Positions 10,999 through 19,306 of a stretch of DNA of 40,589 nucleotides are shown here, piece by piece. The notes under the pieces are model-generated. The model made no database searches, was not told the DNA's origin, and worked only from the letters and a program-made list of their open reading frames with translations. Positions within the stretch are counted from its first letter, which is position 1; every line of letters starts with the position of its first letter. The position numbers were made by a program, and so were the translations under genes. The stretch is from the UHGV virus genome UHGV-0397188; one strand, written 5' to 3'. This DNA comes from a virus.

Positions 10999-11032
10999 GT
11001 TGTGCGACATCGCACAGAGAGGAGGTGAGAAC

Positions 11033-11122
11033 ATGAGCGAACAGAACGAATTTGGCAGAGTATCCGCAGAGGAACTGGAAAAGGCATTTGAAACTGAAAA
11101 TCAGGAGGAAGAAAAAGAATGA
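11033..11122 (+). CDS. small acidic peptide (29 aa) translationally coupled to the endolysin
   Basis: Strong GAGAGGAGGTGAG RBS then ATG; the stop overlaps the amidase ATG (ATGA); very acidic C-terminus (ENQEEEKE). Confidence 0.35.
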   Translation: MSEQNEFGRVSAEELEKAFETENQEEEKE

Positions 11123-11925
11123 AAATTGGCTTAAGGGGAGGACACTCCCCAAATTGTAAAGGTGCAATCGGTCTGATCGATGAGCAGGCAGAAGTACGGA
11201 AGATCTACAATGAGCTTGTACCAATGCTACAGGCAGTCGGTCATACTGTGGTTGATTGTAATTCCAACGCATCCAATGTGTCCAGCGAGTTATCTGACGG
11301 AATAAATAAGGCGAATAGTGCCGGGTGCGATATTTACGTAACTTTGCACATGAATGCGGCAGGAGCGGAATCAGCTGGCGGTACAGAGGTGTGGTTATAC
11401 GATGCATCTAACCAGACAATGAACACGATCGCAAGCAATATCTGCCAGAATTTTGCAAATAAAGGATTTGCTAACCGTGGTGTAAAGTACAGTTCGGGAT
11501 ACCATGATCTGAATGCATCCAATATGCCCGGTATGATCGTAGAGACATTATTTTGCACCGGCACAGATGATGTAGCACGGTATCGTAGTTTAGGCACAAA
11601 AGGAATTGCTGAGCTGATTGCAAAGGCAATCGACAGTAGAGCGTCTGCATGCAGCGAACAAAAAAATAACCAGAATACAGGAATCGAACAGGAAGGAGAA
11701 GAAGAGATGAAATGTTTATTTACAGTAGAGGGAAAAGGTGCAGTGTATTATTTTGACGGTCAAAAAGTAATAACATTGGGTCATCCAGACGAATTAAAAA
11801 TCATCCAGCAGATTTACAAGGACAACAATGGTAAGGACATGCCGTGTTACAAGTGGAGTCCTAAAGCGCCATGGTATGCAAGGCTCATGTCGGTAATTTA
11901 CAGTAAAGAGACCACATCTATCTAA
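11119..11925 (+). CDS. N-acetylmuramoyl-L-alanine amidase endolysin (Amidase_3 / CwlA-like catalytic domain with a C-terminal binding domain)
   Basis: An N-terminal 'KIGLRGGHSP' motif and the later 'VTLHMNA' and 'VETLFC' motifs match the zinc amidase_3 pattern; located after the holin. Confidence 0.8.
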   Translation: MKIGLRGGHSPNCKGAIGLIDEQAEVRKIYNELVPMLQAVGHTVVDCNSNASNVSSELSDGINKANSAGCDIYVTLHMNAAGAESAGGTEVWLYDASNQTMNTIASNICQNFANKGFANRGVKYSSGYHDLNASNMPGMIVETLFCTGTDDVARYRSLGTKGIAELIAKAIDSRASACSEQKNNQNTGIEQEGEEEMKCLFTVEGKGAVYYFDGQKVITLGHPDELKIIQQIYKDNNGKDMPCYKWSPKAPWYARLMSVIYSKETTSI

Positions 11926-11931
11926 TAAAAT

Positions 11932-11958
11932 CCCCTCGGAGAGCAGATCTCTGAGGGG
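11932..11958. terminator. bidirectional terminator hairpin between the convergent amidase and integrase genes
   Basis: 11-bp stem cccctcggaga / tctctgagggg; A/T runs on both sides. Confidence 0.5.
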
Positions 11959-12080
11959 TGAATATTGTACCATTTTTACTTCTTTATAATAGGTAGAAAA
12001 ATAATTGTACGCTCTTGAGAAAAGGTTGACCTTTTTGCAACAACCGACAAAAGTCCAACAAACCCAGCAAAATCAAGGGT

Positions 12081-13556
12081 TTACGGCATGTGGTAGTAGT
12101 ATACTTTAAGTTCGTCTTCTTCTCGATCATAGACAATTTTCTCCACAACGCTTCTAAGCACCTCATTCTTGGTCGTCGCATCTACGGAATCGGATGAGAG
12201 AATATCGTACACATTTTTTACTCTCATCAACATATCATTGTCCTCATTTTTGGTGCTTATTTTCTCTTCTTTAAGCTCAGACAGTTGTTTTTCTAGACTG
12301 TCTTTCTCTCCCTGCACAATCCGTTTATTTTCCTTGTATTCTTCCATAGTATCAATTCCATTCATGTATGCCTCTTTGATTCTCTGCAGCTTCACGTCGA
12401 TTTTCTTTATCTGATCTTCCAGTATGGTTTTCAAGTCCGCAGTATCTTCCGTTTTAGCCTCAATCTTCCGGTAGGTTATTTTTCCAGTATCCAATACAGA
12501 CTTAATTGATTCCAATACCGCAGGCTCAAGCTTTAGAGAGCTTATGGAGTTCTTCGCCGCACATTTTCCCTTGGAGTATCCGTAACAGCGAAAATAGCAG
12601 TATGTCTGCTTATTGTTTTCAATCTTACAGGCAGTCATCGTCCTTCCACACGCTGGGCATTTAACGATCCCAGATAGCCAGTGCTTGTACGTGCTTGCCG
12701 GTCTCGCTCCACGTGGGCGGTATTCTCTCTTGTATCGCTCCTGTGCCTTATCAAACAATTCCTTACTAATGATTGCAGGTTGTTCTCCCTCAGCGATAAT
12801 CCACTCGCTTTCTGGCCGGATCTCTTTCGATTCATTAATCGTCCGATTCCACCGCACCATCCCGCAGTAAGTGGGGTTCTGTAGGATATATTCGATAGAC
12901 CTTCGTTCAAATTCTTTTCCGCGGGACGTTTTAAAGTTGCGACTATTCAAAAGCCGTGCGATTTCAAATAGTCCCATGTTGCTGTGCACATACTTTTCAA
13001 AAATCAGCTTCACAACTTCCGCTTCTTCTGGAACAATGACTGGCGGTTCTTTATGTGATACAATCTTGTACCCAAGTGGTGGGCGTGCTTGGTATCCACC
13101 TCGTTCCGCTTTTTCTCGCATTCCTCTTGTTACTTCTCCGGATAGACGGACAGAGTAATATTCATCCATCCACTCAATAATTCGTTCGATCAGAGAGCCG
13201 AATGGACCATCTACCAGTGGTTCAGAGATGCTTATTACGTCCACGTTATGCTTTTTCTTGAGCAAGGACTTGTATACAATACTTTCCTCTTGGTTTCGTG
13301 CAAATCGGCTGAATTTCCATACCAGTATGGCATCTGCCGGATGATCGGATGATTTCGCAAGACCAATCATTTTTTGGAACTCTGGGCGTTTATCCGCTTT
13401 TCTTCCGGATATTCCGAGTTCAAAAAAGATTTTCGATACTACATATCCGTGACTTTTCGCGTAATCTTTCAATAGCTTCGCTTGAGAATCCGGGGATAAT
13501 TCATCCTGTTTTCCTGTGGATACACGTACATATCCAAAGGCATATTTTGTTTCCAT
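12081..13556 (-). CDS. large serine recombinase (phage integrase)
   Basis: An N-terminal resolvase catalytic motif 'YVRVSTGKQ', a recombinase domain, a zinc-ribbon (CPACG...CYFRC...C) and a C-terminal coiled coil; AAGGAG RBS. Confidence 0.9.
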   Translation of the reverse strand: METKYAFGYVRVSTGKQDELSPDSQAKLLKDYAKSHGYVVSKIFFELGISGRKADKRPEFQKMIGLAKSSDHPADAILVWKFSRFARNQEESIVYKSLLKKKHNVDVISISEPLVDGPFGSLIERIIEWMDEYYSVRLSGEVTRGMREKAERGGYQARPPLGYKIVSHKEPPVIVPEEAEVVKLIFEKYVHSNMGLFEIARLLNSRNFKTSRGKEFERRSIEYILQNPTYCGMVRWNRTINESKEIRPESEWIIAEGEQPAIISKELFDKAQERYKREYRPRGARPASTYKHWLSGIVKCPACGRTMTACKIENNKQTYCYFRCYGYSKGKCAAKNSISSLKLEPAVLESIKSVLDTGKITYRKIEAKTEDTADLKTILEDQIKKIDVKLQRIKEAYMNGIDTMEEYKENKRIVQGEKDSLEKQLSELKEEKISTKNEDNDMLMRVKNVYDILSSDSVDATTKNEVLRSVVEKIVYDREEDELKVYYYHMP

Positions 13557-13921
13557 GCTATCATCTCCTTATTTAATTTTATGCAAAAATGAGTATAAAA
13601 ATAACAGCCAACGTGCGAACTGATGTTCCACTTGCATGACTGCTCCGAAGATGATACAATATTCTTGGATTTCAATCGCATATCTTCGGATATGTAGACC
13701 GCCTCAGTGTTGGTTGCACTGGGGCGGTTTTTATTAGCATAAACAAAATCGCTAATAACGTAAAAGACCCCGTATTGCTACGAGGTCTTCACATAATAAA
13801 CTGATATCTTCTTTTATGCCCCTAGGGCGATATTAGAAAAGAATACTCTCTTCTGTCAGTTCATTATAGAATATATTATGTCCGTAGTCAATAAAAATAT
13901 TACAGATCCCATAAAAACTGT

Positions 13922-14803
13922 TTAAAAAATATACAAATCTTTAATTTTTTGATTGATTTTTTCCATATTTTCTTCTGATAAAGACACTCCTGAAAGGACA
14001 CCTCTTATGTTGCGTGGGTCAAAGATTCGCATTTTACTAATAGTAGTAATTTGATTAACAAGCGCAATACTACCTTCTTTCATTCGTGATATTTCAAGTC
14101 CAATTTTATCCAGATATTCTTGTTGGGCTTTATTATGTGTTTTCTTATCTTGCCACAGTTGCTCTAATTTCCTGGTGGCATCTAAATATTTTTCTGCTTT
14201 TTGAAGTTCGTCTTGGCAGGCATCTTTATCATCGCTTTGTTTATATTTTTCAAGCGATTCACCCGCTAAATCGACAAGAACAGTAAAAGCTTTTTGTGCA
14301 GATAGTATTTCTTCTTGCTCGTCTTTTAATGCTTTTGAGATAGTATCATATTTGATTTTTAGTGAACGATATATTTCATTCCCTAAATCAACACTATTTG
14401 CATGAATTTCTTTATTATCTTTTTGGGAAGTAAGAGGAATAACAGTAACGACTGGAGAGTTATGCGCATTTTTATTGTCTAAGACAATACCATAATGCAA
14501 CCCTCCGTACTCATTACCTATGTTAAATCCGAAGTTTAATTTTACAATATTCCCACGTTTGTATGCTATGTTTCTAGTTGGTTCAAAGCTTTCTTCAAAG
14601 CCAATCATTCGAACATAGTCTTTGAGCCAATATGAAATTAAGTGAGCCTTTTTTAAATGTTGTTCGGATGAATCATTTATAAGACATTCAAGAAGATTAT
14701 TCAATGAACGAATAGCAGATTTTTTATTTTGTACAACATCTTCTTTTGCAAATTCTTTTGACAATGTAATTTTCCTCTCTTTCCTCTTTCCGTATTTTAA
14801 CAT
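13922..14803 (-). CDS. MazF/PemK-fold domain protein with N- and C-terminal extensions (293 aa; long coiled-coil C-terminal region)
   Basis: Residues about 80-165 ('KRGNIVKLNFGFNIGNEYGGLHYGIVL...VVTVIPLTSQ...SVDLGNEI') match the MazF/Kid/NdoA core pattern RGd[IV]...G.Eq.G.RP.lV......vVvPiTS. AT-rich. No clear RBS at the annotated ATG, so the start is uncertain. Confidence 0.55.
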   Translation of the reverse strand: MLKYGKRKERKITLSKEFAKEDVVQNKKSAIRSLNNLLECLINDSSEQHLKKAHLISYWLKDYVRMIGFEESFEPTRNIAYKRGNIVKLNFGFNIGNEYGGLHYGIVLDNKNAHNSPVVTVIPLTSQKDNKEIHANSVDLGNEIYRSLKIKYDTISKALKDEQEEILSAQKAFTVLVDLAGESLEKYKQSDDKDACQDELQKAEKYLDATRKLEQLWQDKKTHNKAQQEYLDKIGLEISRMKEGSIALVNQITTISKMRIFDPRNIRGVLSGVSLSEENMEKINQKIKDLYIF

Positions 14804-14880
14804 AACACATTCTATATAAACGCCGAAGCGGTTATATCATTTTAAGACCATCTTGAAATTTGCAAAATATATGTTCGAAT

Positions 14881-14909
14881 CATTGCAAAATAATAAAATA
14901 TCTATATAA
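14881..14909 (+). promoter_or_regulatory. putative sigma70-type promoter (attgca ... 17 nt ... tataat) for the membrane-protein gene
   Basis: TATAAT at 14904..14909 and a TTGCAA-like -35 element; an RBS and ATG follow at 14933. Confidence 0.3.
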
Positions 14910-14932
14910 TGAAAATACAAGGTGGTGTAGTT

Positions 14933-15346
14933 ATGAAAAAATTAAAAAGTAAAATAAAATATCATTCAGCTATAATTTTCCCAATATTTTGCTTTATATC
15001 ACTGTCAGTGATAGATAACAAGTATGGGTTACTTTCGAAAGTGCCAGAAAAGAAAATGGATGCGTTGATAGGGATTATAATATCTATAATAGGAATATTC
15101 TTAACGGTACTTACGATTTATCTATCATTTCCTAAAAACGATACTGTAAAACAAAGAATGAAAAATACAGGACATAATCATATTTTGTTAAGCAATATCT
15201 GTGTAGGGATCATGATTTTAAGTGTTGCTTTGCTGATTTGGTTGTTTACAAATTGTTATTCTATTGTTATTTGCCTGTTTTGTGCAGGCTTAGTGAATAT
15301 GCTTATTACGGGTTACTATATTTTAGTGCTTAGTGATTTTTCCTAA
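14933..15346 (+). CDS. small integral membrane protein (about 4 TM helices)
   Basis: ATG with a GGTGGTG RBS; hydrophobic segments; its 3' end overlaps the convergent gene 15323..16201. Confidence 0.5.
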   Translation: MKKLKSKIKYHSAIIFPIFCFISLSVIDNKYGLLSKVPEKKMDALIGIIISIIGIFLTVLTIYLSFPKNDTVKQRMKNTGHNHILLSNICVGIMILSVALLIWLFTNCYSIVICLFCAGLVNMLITGYYILVLSDFS

Positions 15347-16201
15347 ATGAAGATTTAAAAATTCCTCTAATTTATTTTTAATATAGTTGATATTTGTAGC
15401 GGTATCATCGGTCAATGCCAATGGTACTGTTTTTGTATACACAGATTCAATGAAATTTATAGTTTCATCGACTCCTAATTCATTTTTTCCATATAATTTT
15501 AATAATGGAATATCTTCCCGTGTGAAATTATTTTTTATTGATATTATCCTGTCTATCAAACGTGGATTATGTTTTTCTTCTAACTTGATTTTTATTTTAA
15601 ATTTTTTTGCTTGAAAATCAGAACCTAGTGATTCTTTTAAAGTTGGAATATCATCCATGCAGTTCGGCTTAGCAAATTCCATTTCAATCCAAGATGGATT
15701 TAGAATAGAGCTGGCTTCTCGTCTGATATCTTTTATCATTTCTGGGAAAATGCGTATTTTGGACATATTTCCAGATTCTTCCCAAATAAATTGACGTAAG
15801 GCCTCATGAATTTTTGATATTTTTTTGTTCGCAATTACTGCCATTCGATTATGGACGAAATCTATATAAAAAAAGGTATATGCTTCTAATTGCTCCCCAC
15901 TTTCGACAGTAGTGTATGGAACAGCTTCTTTAGTCAGCTTATTTCTTTTCTGTACAAAACTTGTCGCTCTTATAGTTTCATCGGTAGAGCAAGTTCCAAA
16001 CATTTTTTTATCGTCATACTCTTTTATGTCAAAAAATAATTTCTTTTTTTCAAATTCCATATCATAAAAATCTATTTGCGGAAAAGCAGATTTAAAAATG
16101 GCATATGTTGCTAAATTAAGATTATCTGAATTTAAGCCATTTACAGACCAACAAGGTTCTGGTTCTAAAACATAAAATTTTATCATCTTATGTACAGTCA
16201 T
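15323..16201 (-). CDS. hypothetical 292-aa protein (AT-rich accessory gene; candidate Abi or superinfection-exclusion protein)
   Basis: ATG at 16201 preceded by an AGGAG RBS (the ORF track's GTG at 16225 is inside the terminator). No recognisable domain. It lies directly downstream of the repressor-ImmA operon terminator. Confidence 0.55.
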   Translation of the reverse strand: MTVHKMIKFYVLEPEPCWSVNGLNSDNLNLATYAIFKSAFPQIDFYDMEFEKKKLFFDIKEYDDKKMFGTCSTDETIRATSFVQKRNKLTKEAVPYTTVESGEQLEAYTFFYIDFVHNRMAVIANKKISKIHEALRQFIWEESGNMSKIRIFPEMIKDIRREASSILNPSWIEMEFAKPNCMDDIPTLKESLGSDFQAKKFKIKIKLEEKHNPRLIDRIISIKNNFTREDIPLLKLYGKNELGVDETINFIESVYTKTVPLALTDDTATNINYIKNKLEEFLNLHLGKITKH

Positions 16202-16216
16202 AAAAACATCTCCTAT

Positions 16217-16248
16217 AAAAAACACCAGTTCGATAAAAGGTGTTTTTT
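16217..16248 (-). terminator. rho-independent terminator of the repressor-ImmA transcript (perfect 10-bp stem)
   Basis: aaaaaacacc / ggtgtttttt; on the minus strand the stem is followed by TTTTTTAT. Confidence 0.55.
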
Positions 16249-16258
16249 TATATAGGAA

Positions 16259-16699
16259 TTACACTATGCTTTTAAATTCCATAATCTTTTCATCATATCC
16301 AGCCAGTCTTGCAATCTGACTTTTCGTCATCCCTGGATTTTCATAGATTATGGAATCTGGTATCAGAAGTTCTGCGGCGAATGTGTTGGCTTCGTTTTCT
16401 TCTTTGAGCTTAGAAAATAATGTGCTTCCGTAGAAATAGCAATCATTTTTTCTGTGTAATTGAGAATGTCCCAATTCGTGACTCAAAATAAATTTCTCCA
16501 TGGGAGTTCCTATTATTTTTTGGTTAAGCATAATGCATTTTTGTCTTTTAATAAGTAAGTAGCAACCTAATACATCACCGATATCACATATTTGATAAAT
16601 TGTATTTGTGTAATCACATAATTCATATGGATTTCTTGTGCCGTATTTACTTGTTAAATTATCCACTATTGTTTTTACATCTTGCTTCAAGGTAATCAC
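16259..16699 (-). CDS. ImmA/IrrE-family metallopeptidase (anti-repressor protease)
   Basis: HELGHSQLH (HExxHxxxH) motif; starts with a GTG immediately after the repressor stop; classical ImmR-ImmA pair. Confidence 0.75.
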   Translation of the reverse strand: MITLKQDVKTIVDNLTSKYGTRNPYELCDYTNTIYQICDIGDVLGCYLLIKRQKCIMLNQKIIGTPMEKFILSHELGHSQLHRKNDCYFYGSTLFSKLKEENEANTFAAELLIPDSIIYENPGMTKSQIARLAGYDEKIMEFKSIV

Positions 16700-17116
16700 C
16701 TACTTTTTATTTTTGTTCGGATTAAACTTGACCTTGTTGATTTCCTTAACAGTAGTTACCAATGACTTTAATTGCTGTTCGAATAAAATTTTTGTTTCTG
16801 GGCTCATTTCAGTACCGTCGAAAAACAGTGGTGCCCCATCTTTTGCTTCTAATTTTTCCATTAAGTCATTTACTGTCTTGGAAATGTCACGCTCATCTCT
16901 CGTTGTCAATGATGCTGCATTATTCTGATGTTCCTCATAGAAATATGTTAATGGTACATCGAAGTAATCAGCTATCTTAGTAAGCTTCTCATCTTTTGGT
17001 TTACTTCGCCCATTCTTCCAATCAGAAAAAGTAGACTTAGTTATACCAGTAGCTTTCGCAACGTCCGCATCTTTACATCCTTTTTCATCTCTTAACTTGC
17101 AATAAATTTCATACAT
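16700..17116 (-). CDS. XRE-family HTH repressor (CI/ImmR-like)
   Basis: The N-terminal HTH 'TGITKSTFSDWKNGRSKPK' is paralogous to the Cro-like gene 17313..17498. The probable start is the second ATG, which has a GAGGTG RBS. It is divergent from cro. Confidence 0.75.
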   Translation of the reverse strand: MYEIYCKLRDEKGCKDADVAKATGITKSTFSDWKNGRSKPKDEKLTKIADYFDVPLTYFYEEHQNNAASLTTRDERDISKTVNDLMEKLEAKDGAPLFFDGTEMSPETKILFEQQLKSLVTTVKEINKVKFNPNKNKK

Positions 17117-17134
17117 AATACACCTCATAAAAAA

Positions 17135-17300
17135 TTCTGAAATCAGTACAAAAAAGTATTGACAAGTTCTGAAATCCGCACTATAATAAAGCTACAAAGT
17201 TCGGAAATCAAAACAGAATTGTAGCGCAATTCTTTGTCAATGTATCTGGTAAATATATTGTAACTGATTTCCGAACTAAAATCAATAGAAAGTTCGGAAA
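17135..17300. promoter_or_regulatory. genetic-switch operator array: five copies of a TTC[TG]GAAAT half-site
   Basis: Copies at 17135..17144, 17167..17176 and 17200..17209, a reverse copy at 17266..17275 and a partial copy at 17293..17300, in the repressor/cro divergent intergenic region. Confidence 0.55.
17159..17187 (+). promoter_or_regulatory. rightward early promoter (TTGACA ... 17 nt ... TATAAT) overlapping an operator copy
   Basis: Perfect consensus hexamers with a 17-nt spacer. Confidence 0.6.
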
Positions 17301-17312
17301 AGAGGTGAAAAA

Positions 17313-17498
17313 ATGTACGAAAAATATGCAGAGTTGCGTGATTCGAAAGAAATTACGGATTACAGAGTTGCTTCTGATACAGGAATTACGAAGTCTACGT
17401 TTACAGACTGGAAAACAGGGAGAAGTAAGCCGAAAGCAGATAAGCTAAAAATCTTAGCAGATTACTTCGGTGTATCAGTTGAGTATTTCTTGGAGTAG
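17313..17498 (+). CDS. Cro-like XRE HTH regulator
   Basis: 61 aa; AGAGGTG RBS; HTH nearly identical to the repressor N-terminus. Confidence 0.7.
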   Translation: MYEKYAELRDSKEITDYRVASDTGITKSTFTDWKTGRSKPKADKLKILADYFGVSVEYFLE

Positions 17499-17507
17499 GA
17501 GGAATTT

Positions 17508-17720
17508 ATGGCAGATGAATGGCTTGGAAGAGCAATCAATGATTACCTGACAGAAAGAGGTATCAAACAGATTTTTTTATCACAAAAAACAGGGATACCG
17601 AAACATAAGATATGTAGTTCGCTGAATGGCAAGAGACGGTTTACTTTTGAAGAATATGAGCTGATCTGCGGAGCCCTTAAAGTGAATACAGACAAGTTTA
17701 TCAAACCAAAGAAATTGTAA
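17508..17720 (+). CDS. XRE-family HTH protein
   Basis: GGAGG RBS; 70 aa; HTH signature 'QKTGIPKHKI'. Confidence 0.55.
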   Translation: MADEWLGRAINDYLTERGIKQIFLSQKTGIPKHKICSSLNGKRRFTFEEYELICGALKVNTDKFIKPKKL

Positions 17721-17731
17721 AGGAGGAAGAC

Positions 17732-17887
17732 ATGGATAATACAGTTAATCTTAAAATTAAGGTGAATGACTCTGAAATTGATAGTGCAATGGAGAAACTG
17801 GAACGTATCAGTAATCTATTGAAGGAAGTCAATTCATTGATCGGAGAATTGACTTCCGAGAAAATAAATCTAAATATCGAGATTTAA
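17732..17887 (+). CDS. small coiled-coil protein (51 aa)
   Basis: Strong AAAGGAGGAAGAC RBS then ATG; below the ORF-track size cutoff. Confidence 0.4.
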   Translation: MDNTVNLKIKVNDSEIDSAMEKLERISNLLKEVNSLIGELTSEKINLNIEI

Positions 17888-18082
17888 ATGGATGAGCTGT
17901 TTGCAATGTGGACATGTGTTTGATCCAATATGAGCATTTAAATTATGACCACAATGCGGACAAGTAACTTTATGAGTTCCGCGCATGATGGATGTTTTTG
18001 CCTGATCCATAACGGATTTCTTTAATTCGCGTTCAAAACGTCTCATGTCGGATTTGCTACCTAAGTTATATTTTCTTGCCAT
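17870..18082 (-). CDS. small zinc-ribbon protein (CPHCG...CPHCK)
   Basis: 70 aa on the opposite strand with two CxxC pairs. Confidence 0.4.
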   Translation of the reverse strand: MARKYNLGSKSDMRRFERELKKSVMDQAKTSIMRGTHKVTCPHCGHNLNAHIGSNTCPHCKQLIHLNLDI

Positions 18083-18287
18083 ATATTCACCACCTTTCTT
18101 ATTAAAAATGAGATACCTCTAATAAGATGGTACACCACAATATATGGAAAGTCAAATAAAAATCACGAAAAACACAACATAAAGTATGAAACATATGTTT
18201 TTATACAATATTTTGGTGACAACCAACCTTGATATTATATCACTTTTTGTATAAAAATCAAGAAAATCACAATATATAGGAGGACTA

Positions 18288-19064
18288 ATGAACAATTTAA
18301 CAGTATTCGAACAAAACGGTCAGCTACTCACCGACAGTAGAGAAGTAGCAATGATGGTGCAGATGAACCATTCAGATTTAATAAGAAAAATCAAAGGGTA
18401 CATGAAACATCTTAACGAAAGCAATTTTGCTTTGGTTGATTTCTTCATCGAATCAGCTTACACGGATTCAAAAGGAGAAGTAAGACCATGCTACCTCTGT
18501 ACAAAGAAAGGATGCGACATGATCGCCAACAAAATGACCGGAAAGAAAGGTGTCATTTTCACAGCTACATATATTGAAGCATTCGAGAAGATGAAAGATT
18601 TCATCGAAAAGGGAACACAGTACGTTGGCATTCCATTAAAAGAACAGGTGGAATCACTGGAAGTGGTAGCAAGCATGTTAAGAATGAACGATGCAAGCAA
18701 GTTGCTGATGCTGAAAGGGTTCTATGATTCTTACCATATTCCAACAGGATTCTTACCGAATTATGAGTTTAACGGCAATCGGGAAATGAAGTCACTCACA
18801 GCACTGCTGAAAGAAAATAATCTCGGAATCAGTGCAGTTCAGTTTAATAAGAAGCTTCTATCTGCTGGAATCTTGGAAGAAAAGGAACGCAAGTCAAGTA
18901 AGGGAATGGTGAAGAAGTTCAAATCACTGACGGAGAAAGGTTTGAAATACGGCGAGAATGCAGTCAGTCCTCATAATCAGAAAGAAGTGCAGCCGTTGTA
19001 TTACAGTGACACGTTTAATGAACTGTTTGATATGGTGATGACTGCTGACTTATCGGAATGGTAG
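18288..19064 (+). CDS. Rha-family phage regulatory protein / antirepressor
   Basis: N-terminal 'LTVFEQNGQLLTDSREVAMMVQMNHSDLIRKI' matches the Rha (phage_pRha) pattern; AGGAGG RBS. Confidence 0.6.
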   Translation: MNNLTVFEQNGQLLTDSREVAMMVQMNHSDLIRKIKGYMKHLNESNFALVDFFIESAYTDSKGEVRPCYLCTKKGCDMIANKMTGKKGVIFTATYIEAFEKMKDFIEKGTQYVGIPLKEQVESLEVVASMLRMNDASKLLMLKGFYDSYHIPTGFLPNYEFNGNREMKSLTALLKENNLGISAVQFNKKLLSAGILEEKERKSSKGMVKKFKSLTEKGLKYGENAVSPHNQKEVQPLYYSDTFNELFDMVMTADLSEW

Positions 19065-19096
19065 AGGGCAGAGTAGTAGGAAATGTGGTGATAAAA

Positions 19097-19303
19097 ATGG
19101 GAGCTACAAAGAGTTTAGCAAGGTATGTGCAAGAGAACTCAGTCAATCTTTCGGCAATGTCAAGAGAAACTGGTATTCCGTACATGGCGTTGTATGACAG
19201 CCTTGCAAATAAAAAAAGAGCTCGTCTGCTATCGTTTGATGAAGCACTTGTTATATGCAGATTTCTTGGAGTAAACCCGATGGATTTTGCGGAGGAAAAG
19301 TGA
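19097..19303 (+). CDS. HTH-domain protein (hypothetical)
   Basis: Internal ATG of ORF 19058..19303; the start is uncertain. Confidence 0.35.
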   Translation: MGATKSLARYVQENSVNLSAMSRETGIPYMALYDSLANKKRARLLSFDEALVICRFLGVNPMDFAEEK

Positions 19304-19306
19304 AAA

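Noticed and set aside
12169-13158. Plus-strand ORFs overlapping the integrase (12169..12414, 12613..12870, 12681..12884, 12871..13158)
   Set aside because: Embedded antisense ORFs within a high-confidence 491-aa serine recombinase gene.
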